DNA from: Patellaria atrata CBS 101060
Lineage: Eukaryota
Assembly (NCBI GenBank): GCA_010093705.1
Contig: MU006095.1
Location: forward strand, 1,359,623 to 1,423,622
Length of the DNA stretch: 64,000 nucleotides
Direction: 5' to 3'
Made by a program: the position numbers and the translations under genes. Shown one piece after another: positions 36,281 through 48,136 of this stretch (positions are counted from its first letter, which is position 1; each line of letters starts with the position of its first letter). Below the pieces are notes generated by a model, which was given only the letters and a program-made list of their open reading frames with translations, did no database searches and was not told the DNA's origin.

Positions 36281-38187
36281 CTAGCTAGCATCCCTCTCCA
36301 TCTTATCCAAAGCCGCCTTCAACGCATCCCTGAGCTCCACGAACCCGGCCGCCTCTTTAGGGGCCTGCCCCTCGAACAAAACCCCTACATCCCCATCCTC
36401 ATCATCCCACCCGTTCCCAACCCGCCTCTTAGTACCCCACCGCAACGCCACCCGTCCATTGAAAACAACCCGGGTTCTCACGCCCTTCGGGCCCTCCTGC
36501 CCCTTCACCGTCTTCCCGCCCTTCCCCTTCTTCGAAGAATCCCTCCCGTCAAACCCCTCGGGAAACCCACCCCGCCGATACGCAACCACAGCCGGGAGTC
36601 CGACGACCCTTACCAGCGGCCGTTGCGCCATGACGCGTTCCTGCACGTCTCGTGTCTCCCCCTTCCGGTACGCGACCACGGGATCCGTCTCGCGCATGAA
36701 CTCGGCGTTTACAGGACGGTAGATCGGACCCGCCGCGGCGGTACCGACCTCGATCCCGCCGCCGATCTTCCACGTCTCGTTCTGCGCGTTGTCTTTGAAG
36801 GCTGGCTGCAGGTGGTACACGACGTCGGGGTCGCGGCGCATTTGGATCGAGAGCACGGCGGCGGAGGAGAGGATCTTGTGGAGGGACTGGAGGAGGGGCC
36901 AGGCGGTGGAGGGGGGCGAGCGGTTGAGATTCGGGGGTGGGTATTTGACGGTCGGGTGCAGGAGGGAGAGGAGGGGCAGGAGAAGCTGGTAGAGTTGTGC
37001 GGTTAGGTGGGAGATCGAGGTGAGGAAGTTAGGGGGGAGGGCGTGCGGGTTGTTGGCAGGTGAGGTGAGGCCCGCGATGTCTGGGGCGCGGGCGAAGCCT
37101 GTATGGGGATCTGTCAGCGGGTTTTCGTACGGTGGTTTGGGTTTGGGTTTGGGTTCGGGAAGCGATCGTGAGCTACTGTCCATTCACCCGGAAAGGAGGG
37201 ATAACGGGTGGCAGAACAGTGGGTACGAAATGTACGCTGAAGCTGCAACCGTACAGAGACTGTGACCTTACTGTGCGCTCACTAACGTTGAAGAATGCCG
37301 GGTCCAGGATAGGTGTTCATTGTAAGGAAAAGTAACTCACCATCTTGCTCCCTCCGTCCGTACTGTCCCTCTAGCCCTCTCTCTCTCGCCTGCCCATCTT
37401 GCCCGAAGTACTCGTCCCCCAACACATGTTCCCCTAAGACAAACCCCAGAACTCCTTCCACAAGCCAGACCCTCCACTTCCTATCCCCAATCAACTCCTC
37501 CCAACCGGCGCTACCATTCGGGCCCCCGACTCCAATATACCCCACGATGCGGGCCAGCTCAGGCATGTACCGTTTCGCTGCGAGGAACTCCAGTAGCGCA
37601 CCAGGCGCTTTGAGCGAAGCGGGGAGCGGGAAACTGAAGTATTTCTCCGCGAAAGAGGTGATCTCGTCGGAGAGACAGCAGAGATGGGCCCCGATGTAGT
37701 CGTCGAAGAGGACGTAGTCTGGGACGTTGGGTTTCCCCCCGCTGTCATATCTCGGGAACCAGCCGCTGAACATCTTCGTTACGGGCTGTCCAACCCCCCT
37801 TTGACGACCGAAACTGGACTTGAACGGTACATACGGCTCTCCCCCTTGTTGTCCAAACGCAGGGGTTCGAGACGTATGCCGTTTTGCTCGGCCACCTGCC
37901 TGTTGGACTTCGACGTTATCGTCGTCGAATTCGGCGGGTAAGGGACGTTTCGTACCCTTTTTGGTGGCTGGTCCAGCAGCTGACATCGCTTCTTGGGAGA
38001 AAGGGACCCCTTTGGATGTCTGAGGAGTAGTGGTGGATGGTTTGCGGAGGGAGGATTGAAGTTTTCGTTTTTTTCCTAATCCTTCCCTTCTAGCTTTGCG
38101 CATTTCTCGGTCGGCTTTGCGGTTTAAATCCAAACCTTTGCGCGCCATACCTTTACTGGGGACGCTTTTCTTTCCTCTGTATGGCAT
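36281..38187 (-). CDS. Hypothetical protein (probably one spliced gene formed from ORFs 37282-38187 and 36281-37183; junction unresolved)
   Basis: Two same-strand ORFs with coding-like composition. Basic NLS-like N-terminus, donor GTGAGT at 37340, helical segments LSDEITSFAEKYF and LHKILSSAAVLSIQMRR. I could not place a single frame-preserving acceptor. Confidence 0.55.
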
Positions 38188-38769
38188 AGTTGCTTTAGAT
38201 GTTTGTGTGCAGTTATTAAAGGGGTAAAGTGTGTATGGCTGTGCGATTGTAAATCAATTGAGGCCTTCCGAGCGTGAAGGGTTATTCAAGTGGGTTGAAG
38301 GAAAAGTTGCGGTAAAGGAATACTGAAGTTCATCATTGCTTTTTGATATTGTTCTATTCTTTGTTGGCCTTGTATATATGGCCGCAATCGGAAACTTGGA
38401 GCTCAAAAGCCGATTGCGGAAAGTTGAAAGAACAATGGGGACGAATAGAGGTAAAAGATGTTTTGGTGAACAATAGGGACAATAGCAAAAACTAAGGTTA
38501 CAAACCAAATAGATTGCTACTCTATGATTGACATGGCGACTCGAGGAGTACGCCTGAGCAAACTGATCCTAACAAGGTAACAGTGACATAAGAATGCTCT
38601 ATTTTCTAGAGGAAGATGAATAGGTATGTAAAAAGTGAATTATGTACAGTACGGAATGATCATACCCTTGTGTAGAAAAAATACTGCTTGACCAAAGGTT
38701 TCCGACATGAAAATCTCGTCAAGCAATGAAAACTGTAGAAAATTCCTATGGACAAAATGGAAATGTACA

Positions 38770-41700
38770 CTATACATCCTGCAACGGTACAGGAGCGTAT
38801 CCCTCATCTTCTCTCCTCCTACCTCTCCATTTATCCACAAGGCCTATAAACGCCCCTTTCGCGCCTTTGAAAGCCCACGTGATCATACCTTCCTGATCTC
38901 TTATCCTTTCCGCTTCATCGATCTCGGCTTCTGGGTCGAGAACAGAAACTCTCATCCACTTGGGTCTTCTCCACCACCTCAGAGCAAGACTGCTTGCTAC
39001 GACAGACACACTGCTGCATGCCATAGCTGCACCTGCTGCCATAGGATGAAGATGATAGCCCCATGGAAGGAAGAAGCCCATTGCGAACGGCAGGCCTGTA
39101 ACATTGTAACCGCATGCCCATAGAAGGTTGATTTTGATGCGACGGAAAATGGTTTGGCTCAGGTGAAGAGATGCGGGAATGGACAGAAGATCAGTTGGTG
39201 ACATCAAAACAATCGCTGCGGCCTCCATTGCTACATCAGTACCCGAAGCAAGGGCAATACCTACAGCTGCTGTGGCGAGAGCTGGAGAATCGTTGATACC
39301 GTCACCAACCATAGCGACGACGTTCTTTTTGCCGTTAGGACCAAAGCTCGACTGAAGTCCCTCGATGATGCGTTGCTTATCGGATGGTGTAGCAGAGGCA
39401 TGAACGTTATCCGGAGAGATGCCGACTTGCTGTGCGACAACAAGTGCAGGTGCTCTCTGATCTCCAGTGACTATCGAGCACGAAATTCCAAGACGATGAA
39501 GTGCGCGAATGGTAGCACGTGCAGAAGGTTTGATGGTGTCTGAAAGGGAGAGCGAGCCAGTATAGACAGATGATATAGCCGTGTGAATCCTTGTGGTACC
39601 CGCTGAGGTGCTTGGAAGATCACTATCAAGCTCGTCAAGTTCATCTGGATCCTCCGCAGAGTTGGGAACAGATACACCCTGAGAGCGAAGAAACTCTACG
39701 TTTCCAACGAGCACCGGATAGCGAGTTCGTTCAGGGGAGATGGCGGCTTCGACGTTAGCGGATATGCCTTTTCCCACAATGACCTCGAAGTCACCAGCGC
39801 TCCCATCGATTGCACCATCTACCCCAAGTCCAAGATGTTCGTTTGCTGCATTTACAATCGCGCGAGCAATGGGATGTTCGCTTCCCATTTCTGCGAGACC
39901 GATGAGTGTCCACCATAGGCGACCTTTCTTCTCATCATCTATCCAATCACTTTCAATATCTGCTTTGGAAACGCTCATCTTTCCGACTGTGAGCGTACCC
40001 GTCTTATCGAGAACAACGTGGTTAACTTTAGTAGCAGTCTCCAATGCGGCGCCACCCTTGACGAGAATCCCTTGTTCGGCTCCAACACCAGTTCCCACCA
40101 TGACGGCGGTGGGTGTGCTCAAACCCAAAGCGCAGGGGCATGCAAAGACAATAACAGAGATACAGAGCTTCATGCAAACCATGACTGTTCCTCCGCTTGC
40201 GTCATCGAGGAATATCTTAGGTGGGTGAGGCAGTACATGAGATAGGATCATCCACGCTATGAACGTAACGAGGCCTAGAGTGATGATGATGGGCACGAAG
40301 TACCCAGCTACAACATCGGCCATTCTTTGAATAGGTGCACGGCTCGTCTGCGCTTCTTGAACAAGTCGAACGATCTGGCTCAGTTGGGTATCGCGACCAG
40401 CACGGGTAACAATAAAGTCAACCCGACCGGCTCCATTGACTGTACCAGCCATCAAGAGATGTCCCTTCTCTTTGAGGATAGACATTGCTTCTCCTGTAAC
40501 CATGCTTTCATCGACGTAGCTCTCTCCGCGCATGACGGTACCATCAGCGGGGATCTTATCTCCAGGTTTGAGGACAACAATATCACCAACTTCGATAAGT
40601 TCTGTAGGAATTATTCGTTCCTCAGCAGCAACTCCGTCCGCATCCTCATTGCCACGCTTTTCGTAAGCATTGGATTTCTCATCATCATCCCATTCCTCTG
40701 CAGCTTTTGCGGCCGCAATGGGATCTGCGTAAATAGTCGCCATTGACGGGGCAAGAGACATTAGTCTTGATAAGGCCTTCGATGTCTGGCCTTTAGCACG
40801 GTTCTCTAAGTATCTTCCGAGCGTTATGAAAGTAATAAGCATAGTGCTGGTGTCGAAAACCGTGCTTGGTCTGGTATGGGGAGGAATAAACAAAGAGACG
40901 AACATCGCTCCAATACTGAAGAAAAATGCTGCGGAGGTGCCAAGCACAACGAGAACATCCATGGTTGGTGATCCATGACGCATGGAGCGATAGGCTGATA
41001 TGTAGAATCGTTTGCCAATGCCGAACTGTACGGGAATCGTGAGAATGAGACAGACAACGTCGCCAAGGTAAAGGCCGGGTATCAATCGTATGCTGCCGTA
41101 ATTTAGGAACTGGAGGAATGAGGGTAACATGGGCAATATCATAGTCGTAAGGAAAACAGGTATCGCAAATGAGAGGGAAACGCGGAATGCTCTGCGCCAT
41201 TCTTGGATTTCTTTGGTCTTTGCAAGAGATTCGAGCTGTGCATTATTGTCGTCTGATTCTGAAATGAGAGCATTGTAACCCGCATCCTCGATTGTTCTTA
41301 CAATAGCTCTTAGGCCGGTAATGGAGGGGCGATGGGTTATTAATGCTTTGCCGTTACCCGGGTTGACTGATGCGGCCGTGATTCCAGGTAAAGCGCTGAG
41401 AGTAACTTCCAGATCAGACGCAGCCTTTGAGTTTGGTAGTCCATATATCTTTAGTGACACAACTGCACTTGACGAAGAGGTTTGTAATGCTCCGTCAACT
41501 GAGGAAACCACCTTCGCATCAAACCCTCGATCTTCGATGATCCCAACTATTCGAGAGGCCGGTAGTTTTAGAGGGTCATGTACAATGACGGCCCTCTCCG
41601 CGAGCAAGCTGATATTGAACTGTACTAGACCATCGAGATCTTTGAACCCACCTTCAACAGCAGAGGTGCAAGCGCCGCAAGTCATTCCTTCAATTTCAAC

Positions 41701-42378
41701 AGTAGTTGTGGCAATGGAGGTTTTCGCTTGCTGTCGCGATGCATTTTTACTAGACGTTTTCTTGCAGGCCGGGTTGGATTCCAATACCTCAGCGTCGAAT
41801 CCTGTATCCTCTATAATTTCCGCAATCTTATCAGCAGCTATTATTTTTGGGTCGTGCTTCAAGACAGCTCTCTCGGACATGAGTGAGATGTTGAAGGTCT
41901 TGACACCCGCTACATCTTTAAAGTTTCCCTCGATAGCAGCTGTACAAGCGCCGCATGTCATTCCTCCCACGGAGAGAGTAGTGACGAACAAGCCTGAGGA
42001 GGCCTCATCCTCGCTTTCCGACTCTATATCGAAGGTGTCCGGGTCTGGGACTGGAAGGTCGGTCGATAGAACCTCTGCATCAAAGCCGCGATCCTCTATT
42101 ATCTCCTTAATCATTTCTGCGGGGACCTTGATGGGGTCATGTTGGACAACGGCTCGCTCCATTACTAGACTGACAGAGACACTGCCAACACCGTCAAGAC
42201 CATCGAGACCACCTTCGACTGCCGATGTACATGCCCCACATGTCATTCCCTCCACCTTCAAAGTTGTAGTTGCCATATGTGCAGTTGGCGCATTCTTCTT
42301 GCTTGCGGATGTTCCGGTGCGGGAACTGATGGATGAGTCCACATCCTGTGTCGAGACGGGCAGGTATGAGGGCGCCAT
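38770..42378 (-). CDS. CCC2: P1B-type copper-transporting ATPase
   Basis: 1202 aa intronless ORF. Three GMTCGAC metal-binding domains plus a fourth degenerate HMA; TGE, CPC, DKTGT, SEHP, GDGINDSP, YN..P and MACSS motifs. Confidence 0.96.
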   Translation of the reverse strand: MAPSYLPVSTQDVDSSISSRTGTSASKKNAPTAHMATTTLKVEGMTCGACTSAVEGGLDGLDGVGSVSVSLVMERAVVQHDPIKVPAEMIKEIIEDRGFDAEVLSTDLPVPDPDTFDIESESEDEASSGLFVTTLSVGGMTCGACTAAIEGNFKDVAGVKTFNISLMSERAVLKHDPKIIAADKIAEIIEDTGFDAEVLESNPACKKTSSKNASRQQAKTSIATTTVEIEGMTCGACTSAVEGGFKDLDGLVQFNISLLAERAVIVHDPLKLPASRIVGIIEDRGFDAKVVSSVDGALQTSSSSAVVSLKIYGLPNSKAASDLEVTLSALPGITAASVNPGNGKALITHRPSITGLRAIVRTIEDAGYNALISESDDNNAQLESLAKTKEIQEWRRAFRVSLSFAIPVFLTTMILPMLPSFLQFLNYGSIRLIPGLYLGDVVCLILTIPVQFGIGKRFYISAYRSMRHGSPTMDVLVVLGTSAAFFFSIGAMFVSLFIPPHTRPSTVFDTSTMLITFITLGRYLENRAKGQTSKALSRLMSLAPSMATIYADPIAAAKAAEEWDDDEKSNAYEKRGNEDADGVAAEERIIPTELIEVGDIVVLKPGDKIPADGTVMRGESYVDESMVTGEAMSILKEKGHLLMAGTVNGAGRVDFIVTRAGRDTQLSQIVRLVQEAQTSRAPIQRMADVVAGYFVPIIITLGLVTFIAWMILSHVLPHPPKIFLDDASGGTVMVCMKLCISVIVFACPCALGLSTPTAVMVGTGVGAEQGILVKGGAALETATKVNHVVLDKTGTLTVGKMSVSKADIESDWIDDEKKGRLWWTLIGLAEMGSEHPIARAIVNAANEHLGLGVDGAIDGSAGDFEVIVGKGISANVEAAISPERTRYPVLVGNVEFLRSQGVSVPNSAEDPDELDELDSDLPSTSAGTTRIHTAISSVYTGSLSLSDTIKPSARATIRALHRLGISCSIVTGDQRAPALVVAQQVGISPDNVHASATPSDKQRIIEGLQSSFGPNGKKNVVAMVGDGINDSPALATAAVGIALASGTDVAMEAAAIVLMSPTDLLSIPASLHLSQTIFRRIKINLLWACGYNVTGLPFAMGFFLPWGYHLHPMAAGAAMACSSVSVVASSLALRWWRRPKWMRVSVLDPEAEIDEAERIRDQEGMITWAFKGAKGAFIGLVDKWRGRRREDEGYAPVPLQDV

Positions 42379-43524
42379 ATCGGAAAGTATGCACTCTCGA
42401 AAGAGTAACAGCTTAGGAGATGCCCCTCGGGGGGCTATGTATCAAGTTACGCCGGTGCAGGAGGTTGAGGCTGTTTGCGGTGAAGTGTAGGATAGCAAAG
42501 CAAGTTGGACGTCGTAAAGGAAAGAAAATCAAGTATGTACAGAATAAAGTAAAGGGGTATCAAAAGGTAAAAAAAAGGTGTTCAATATGAGGAAAGACCA
42601 GCTTCCTGAACGCTGAGACGAGTAATCGACAAATTGTCAGCTTCCTCCAAGGCTCACTCCAACCCAAGGGCCAAGGGCTCTCCCGCCAGAGGCGAAGTGT
42701 CAGTCCCGAACAAAGAACCGGACGCCTTGTCGCTTTAGGTTTGATCGATTGTTCCCGGCCCCCTCGTCTGGTTTGCTAGCCGCAACCCACGTCAAACGTA
42801 TCAAACAGATCTGATACCCGACTTGACGGCTTTTTCGTGATCTATCTGTACAGTAAAGGCACAACAAGTCCTCCTTTGAAACGAAACTAGAGATGCAGCG
42901 GGGAGAGAAAAAAAAAAAAAGAGGAACAGTAGAAGATCCGTCTAGAGATGTTCGGCACGCCACCCAATAATTATCGGGCTACACATAAGCCGAAGGTGTT
43001 GAAAGGGTAATATATTTTCTCGTCTTCTCGCAATTGCCTATTGGCTGCGCAAGCCATGCGAAGATGCGAAGATACGAAGATTGGGAACCTTGCGAGATGC
43101 CTTTTGTCAGGTCATCATCGTGATATATGGAATGTTATATATGATAGATTTACCTACTACTTGTGATCAAAATCAATAATGGAGATGTGGAAAGCTGATT
43201 TGATACCTCCAACTCAATACTGTTGTCCCTCTCCGATAAGTCGCATCGCAAAGAAGCCCAAGTCTTATCGTTATCGCAAGGTCTTGGCAATCTCAAGTGC
43301 CGACTGCCGAAGCCCTGCAGGAACAGGCAGGAACCACCAAGGGCAAGCCGAGACGGGAATGAACCAAAGAGAGATGATACCTTATACGCAATTCCACGTG
43401 GTCATCAAGTTCACTATCCGAATATATTATTCAGTTGTCATCATCAAAACCTGATTTCATCATGAAAAGCCGTATAGTCTGATGAGTCAATATTTACAAG
43501 AAATCAACAACACATCTCTTCATT

Positions 43525-45612
43525 TTACCCCATCCTGTCGTCCCAATATAGATCCATATCCCATCTCTCATCACCTTTCCACACTTTGTCCGCACGACTT
43601 CTCTCTGCAATCGCTCTTCTGAGATCTGTGCCCATGCCGGATGGTCCGCTCGCTACAACCTGAATTCGACCTTCCGGAACACGGTCTATGAAACCATCAA
43701 TGATAGCTGGCATAGCAGGGTGATGGTCTGTTAACCATTCCACATAGAACCTAGTACTACCATCGCATTGGGATAGCAATGCGGTAAGATCCGTACCAGT
43801 TGTTGCTATCTCAATGCCATCCTCATTCTTAACCTCTTTCTCCAAGTCTTTTATGGAGGTGGATAATGAGGAAGGCTTCGAGAAGGATTTCTCTGCATCA
43901 CGGGTGATGAATATCTTGATCCGCAATGAGGTATTCTGCGATGCTGTAGCTATTGATTTGAGCTCGAGAAGTTCGGGGAGAATCCATTCCAAGTCTTGCG
44001 TCCTACGAATGATCCAGACGAACTCAATGGCTCCCTGCGCCTTAGGACTTTTCAGAGCTGCAGTGACAACTGGCAGAGTGAAAGAGATGCCGGTCCCGCC
44101 AGCGATCGCAACAAGGTTAGGTATCCTGTCGTTGAGTGCTCGTTTCCCGTACGGACCCGTTATGATGACAGGTGTTTGTTTCTCACCAGCTTGGCCTAAG
44201 GCAGAGAGGCGAGCAGTTTCTCCCCTGAGTCCACGGATGATGTAGGTATGCTGCGGTGATGCTGGATGTGCGGCTGGAACTGATGCTGGTGTGAAAGGGT
44301 GAGATTGCCATATTGTCAACGCGGGAAAGCAAAGATAGAAATGCTGCCCTATGGCCCATGGATCATGGTTGTGAGTGAAATCAAGGCGTACCACAGTTGC
44401 TCCATCCGAGTCGGTAAAGGTCTGAATGTTAGCATCAGCAGCTTTAAAGCCGAGGCCTTCCAGACACTATTAGTGTATATACGGGGGTTACGTTGAATGT
44501 AGCACTTACCCTTCTTCCCATCCTTCAAGCCATGATGAATAAGGCATGTTCGTAGAAGGCGGACTCCTCTATCAATGAAGAACAAGCCCAAAGAAGCTAT
44601 CATCCAACATGCTAATCTAGTCCAATGGCCCCAGCAACAGGCAATGTATAGTAAGGCAATTACATAATGAGATTTCCGGAAGAACTCGTATCCGGTCATT
44701 CTGATGGCCCATCTTGTGCTGAAGATGTACAGAAATGTGACGAAGAACATTGCAACGACTCCAAAGATCATGTACTGCTGTCGAATAAAATCCCTGTATA
44801 CTTTTGGTTGCGGTTGGTACAGCTTTGCTTCGATAATCGTCCAGCCTAGAGTATGTAAAAAAGACTGGATGAAGATGATACGGCCAGTCCATCGGTGTAG
44901 AAAGTTGAAGTGGTGATAGGGTATTCCCGTGAGGAGGGACAATACACTCTCTCGGTTTGCAAGCAGGATCGTGAAGGGGGTTAAGGCGTATGCCAGAACA
45001 CCCACACGATCAGAGAATCCACCAAGTCCTGTCCTTGTGTTGAACTTGTTCGAGTTCTTGATCGGGGTGACCCATTTCTTGTATACAATACCGACGAGAC
45101 TTGAATCATTGTTAGCATCAATAAACTAGAGCTGTATATGCGTTGGCTTGATTGGTAAAGACGTACGAAAAGATCAAGAGGTAGCCGGCCAAGGTGACCA
45201 ATACGAGCAATTGCAACCTCGATACTCTTCCGAAGACACTTCGAAGAGATTCTGGTAGTAACCAGCGACGTAGAGCAGTAGTGGTGAATCTGTATGCTCG
45301 GTATACTGTGCCCTGAGGGTTACCCCGATTGGTCTGCCCTTGCATATCTTTCAAAGATTTGGTTTGATTAGATTGAGGTTCGACCAGACGACACAAAACC
45401 CAAACGAACAGTATACCCCCGACCACAGCCCATAGGATGAAACTGTATAGCATGGAAACGTCGTGCATCCAATACACAGCATCAAGGTATTCGCACGAGC
45501 CTGGATCATTCTGACATGGCCATACTCGGCTCGAATAACCCCAATGAGGGATTAGATTTTGGGCCGAGGAATGGTCCTGAATGTGACGAGGACGAAGGTT
45601 TTCATCCATCAT
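43525..45612 (-). CDS. Ferric/cupric reductase transmembrane component (FRE family)
   Basis: Introns 45166-45100 and 44509-44457 join three ORFs. Heme-ligand His in LHRWTGR..LHT and YEFFRKSH..WGH; FAD motif HPFT; NADPH motifs GPYG, AGGTGISF, SGPSGM. Confidence 0.9.
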
Positions 45613-46717
45613 CGAAAGAACAGAGACAAAATAACAATAAGCTCAGTATGATAGATAGAGGGGAGGGATTCCAGGTTGACATTTTGGGAAGCGAGCGTAC
45701 AACGTGCCTTATATGACAGATATTGGACTTAGACAAGGTTACAGGATATGACATAACCTGTATGGATGCAATACTAACTGAGCAAGATTGATTCGCTTTA
45801 GTCATGAAAAGATGGGATAACGTCTGATCAAGAAGAGATTTTTTTAATAATATTGCAAGTTGATAGGTGTAAGAGAAAAAGAAGAGACTGATACAGGGCT
45901 GGGCATCCCAACTGGGAATATAAATCTGCTCAAATCCTCGCGAGCCCATCCTGGTAGTCCAAGCTAGTTAGAACATGGGGTAAAAAAACGAAAACGTGGA
46001 GTAAGAAATGTCCTAAATGTCTTAAATGTCATAAATTACCTTAAACAAGCATCGGTTATGATATATATTGCGGAAGAAAACCCGGTAATGATTGAAAACG
46101 AATTTAATTCCTCGGAGATCGATGAGATGAAGTTTGTTTACAAGAGATATTCCTTAAATTCCTTTTTGGAAGAGGATGCTTACTGTATGAATGACCTTTG
46201 ACGGGAACGGGAGGTATAAGGATGTTCAGGAATGACGGGAGTTGAAACGTGGTTAAAGAACTATTTGCATTCTTCACGACGAGACACCAGCCAAGACACT
46301 TTCATCCAACCTCACTTTAACACGAGAGGTTAACAACCACATCAGTTCCGTTGTTAGAGTATTTTGCTTCTTCCAAGTCAACGATTTCTATATGAACAGT
46401 AGCATTTCCATATGGATTTGGATGAGGGAGCTATGTCTCGTGAAAATATGGACATCTCGTGTGTGCGCTGTTACGCGGTGCGTACAGCCCCTGGAATGTA
46501 AAGGAGAGGTACTGCTGTGCTACATTCTTAGACGTCTGTAAGGCTGGGTATACGAATGGTCTTGTTGAAATAATGTTCCAGTCTCTACATTCTCTTCTAA
46601 CCTTGAATCTCATCCCTAGCTCTCTTTTGGGTTCGTTATGTCTATAAAACCTCAGTCTGCGTCCTCTGTTCCAAACTCTCATCTCAACTCGATAAAACCA
46701 AATAAGATTACATAGCA

Positions 46718-48016
46718 ATGCTCCTATCACAACTCCCCGCGTCCATTATCCCCTTGCTACTCTCAGCTACCCCTATCGTAGCCAGAACAGTTCGTCTCCC
46801 AGTCGGACACCATCATCATCCGCGAAATGTCCTAAGTACCATCGACACCGCAGTTCCGGCGCCACAGTCAAGCGTTCCGGCAAAGGATCGCCTTCTGCAA
46901 GATGTTCAGCTACTGGACGAGACCGTCACAGCGATACCAGCGGATCTCCTAGCATTTATGCGGGAGACAGCGGATCGAATCGATCAGATTGAAAATCTGC
47001 TAGCCTCGCTGCTCGAGCCATCGTCATCCCCATCGTCATCATCAGCTCCATCCTTTTCCCGAACGAGGATCGCTCTTCCCACAGCATGGGAACCAGAACT
47101 CCCCTCTATAACTCCAGCTCTGTCGACGAGGACATACCCCCTTCCATCAGTAATCGTAAACCGCACAGGTTCAACCAGCAGCGAGGACGGAATGATTACC
47201 TCAACCCACAGAACCATTTTTCGCGTCACCCGTACCAGTACCGTCTGGGTAACTCCGGTCTCGGCAGCCCCTACTCAGACCACAAACAGCACCCTACCCC
47301 CCTACCCCTTGACAAACAGTACCGGCAGCACCAATATCACCAGTAACACCGATACTGACAGCACCTTCCCCACCTTCCCCCCACTTCCCCCCCGACCCCC
47401 CCTAGGCGCCTCACCCCCAACTCACATTCCCATCGACTCCTCCGGCACCACGACCTTCAACCCTTCTAACCCCTCCCTCTCCTCCGACGCCCTCAACTTC
47501 CTCTGCACAATCAACACAACCCGGAGCATCTCCATCCCCCTCCTCCGCCTCCCCTGCCTCAGCAACCCGTCCCCGTCCATCTTCAATCGCCTCAACCCAG
47601 CCATCTGCACCTTTGCCACAGGCGCCGCTCTCCCGGACTGCTCATACCTGATCCCCGCCCTGCAAACCTGCAAAGCAAACAACAAGACGCTCCACATCGG
47701 GGTTGCGCCCGCCGAGGACACCGCTGTCCCTCTCTTCCCGCCGGTAAACTACCCTCCTGAACTCGCGGAGGCGGACGCGCAGGGCTTCTGGGACTTTTTC
47801 GGCCCTGGAGATGGGATGGGCAGACCGTTTGGGGATGTGGTGGTTGATGGTGTTGATTTGAGGGGGTTGCAGGACGCGTTGGATAACCCGGGTGCGTCCA
47901 CGGGGGCTTTAGGCGAGTACTTGAGGGATTTTGCGAACGGGATGTTGAAGGTTGCGGCCATGGAGGGGGATACTGGGGCGTTTGGGGTTGTCTTGAGGGG
48001 GTGGATGAAGTCGTAA
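46718..48016 (+). CDS. Secreted Ser/Thr/Pro-rich protein with a degenerate, truncated GH18 class III chitinase-like C-terminal domain
   Basis: Signal-peptide-like MLLSQLPASIIPLLLSATPIVA and a mucin-like linker. C-terminal C..LIPALQTCKANNKTLHIG..AQGFWDFFGP..RPFGDVVVDGVDL resembles Cts1/hevamine-type GH18. Confidence 0.7.
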   Translation: MLLSQLPASIIPLLLSATPIVARTVRLPVGHHHHPRNVLSTIDTAVPAPQSSVPAKDRLLQDVQLLDETVTAIPADLLAFMRETADRIDQIENLLASLLEPSSSPSSSSAPSFSRTRIALPTAWEPELPSITPALSTRTYPLPSVIVNRTGSTSSEDGMITSTHRTIFRVTRTSTVWVTPVSAAPTQTTNSTLPPYPLTNSTGSTNITSNTDTDSTFPTFPPLPPRPPLGASPPTHIPIDSSGTTTFNPSNPSLSSDALNFLCTINTTRSISIPLLRLPCLSNPSPSIFNRLNPAICTFATGAALPDCSYLIPALQTCKANNKTLHIGVAPAEDTAVPLFPPVNYPPELAEADAQGFWDFFGPGDGMGRPFGDVVVDGVDLRGLQDALDNPGASTGALGEYLRDFANGMLKVAAMEGDTGAFGVVLRGWMKS

Positions 48017-48136
48017 GGGGATGAGATTGATGAAGGTGCTGAAGGAATATTGGTATTAAGCTTTAGGTTTAACGGCGATTATGATAGAATGATTTACCTT
48101 GATAGTTACGGTATAATTCGATATGATTACACACCA

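Noticed and set aside
36263..37006. 247-aa plus-strand ORF
   Set aside because: Antisense to the GC-rich minus-strand hypothetical gene, with a non-ATG start.
41321..42490. 389-aa plus-strand ORF
   Set aside because: Antisense shadow of the CCC2 HMA repeats; no independent protein features.
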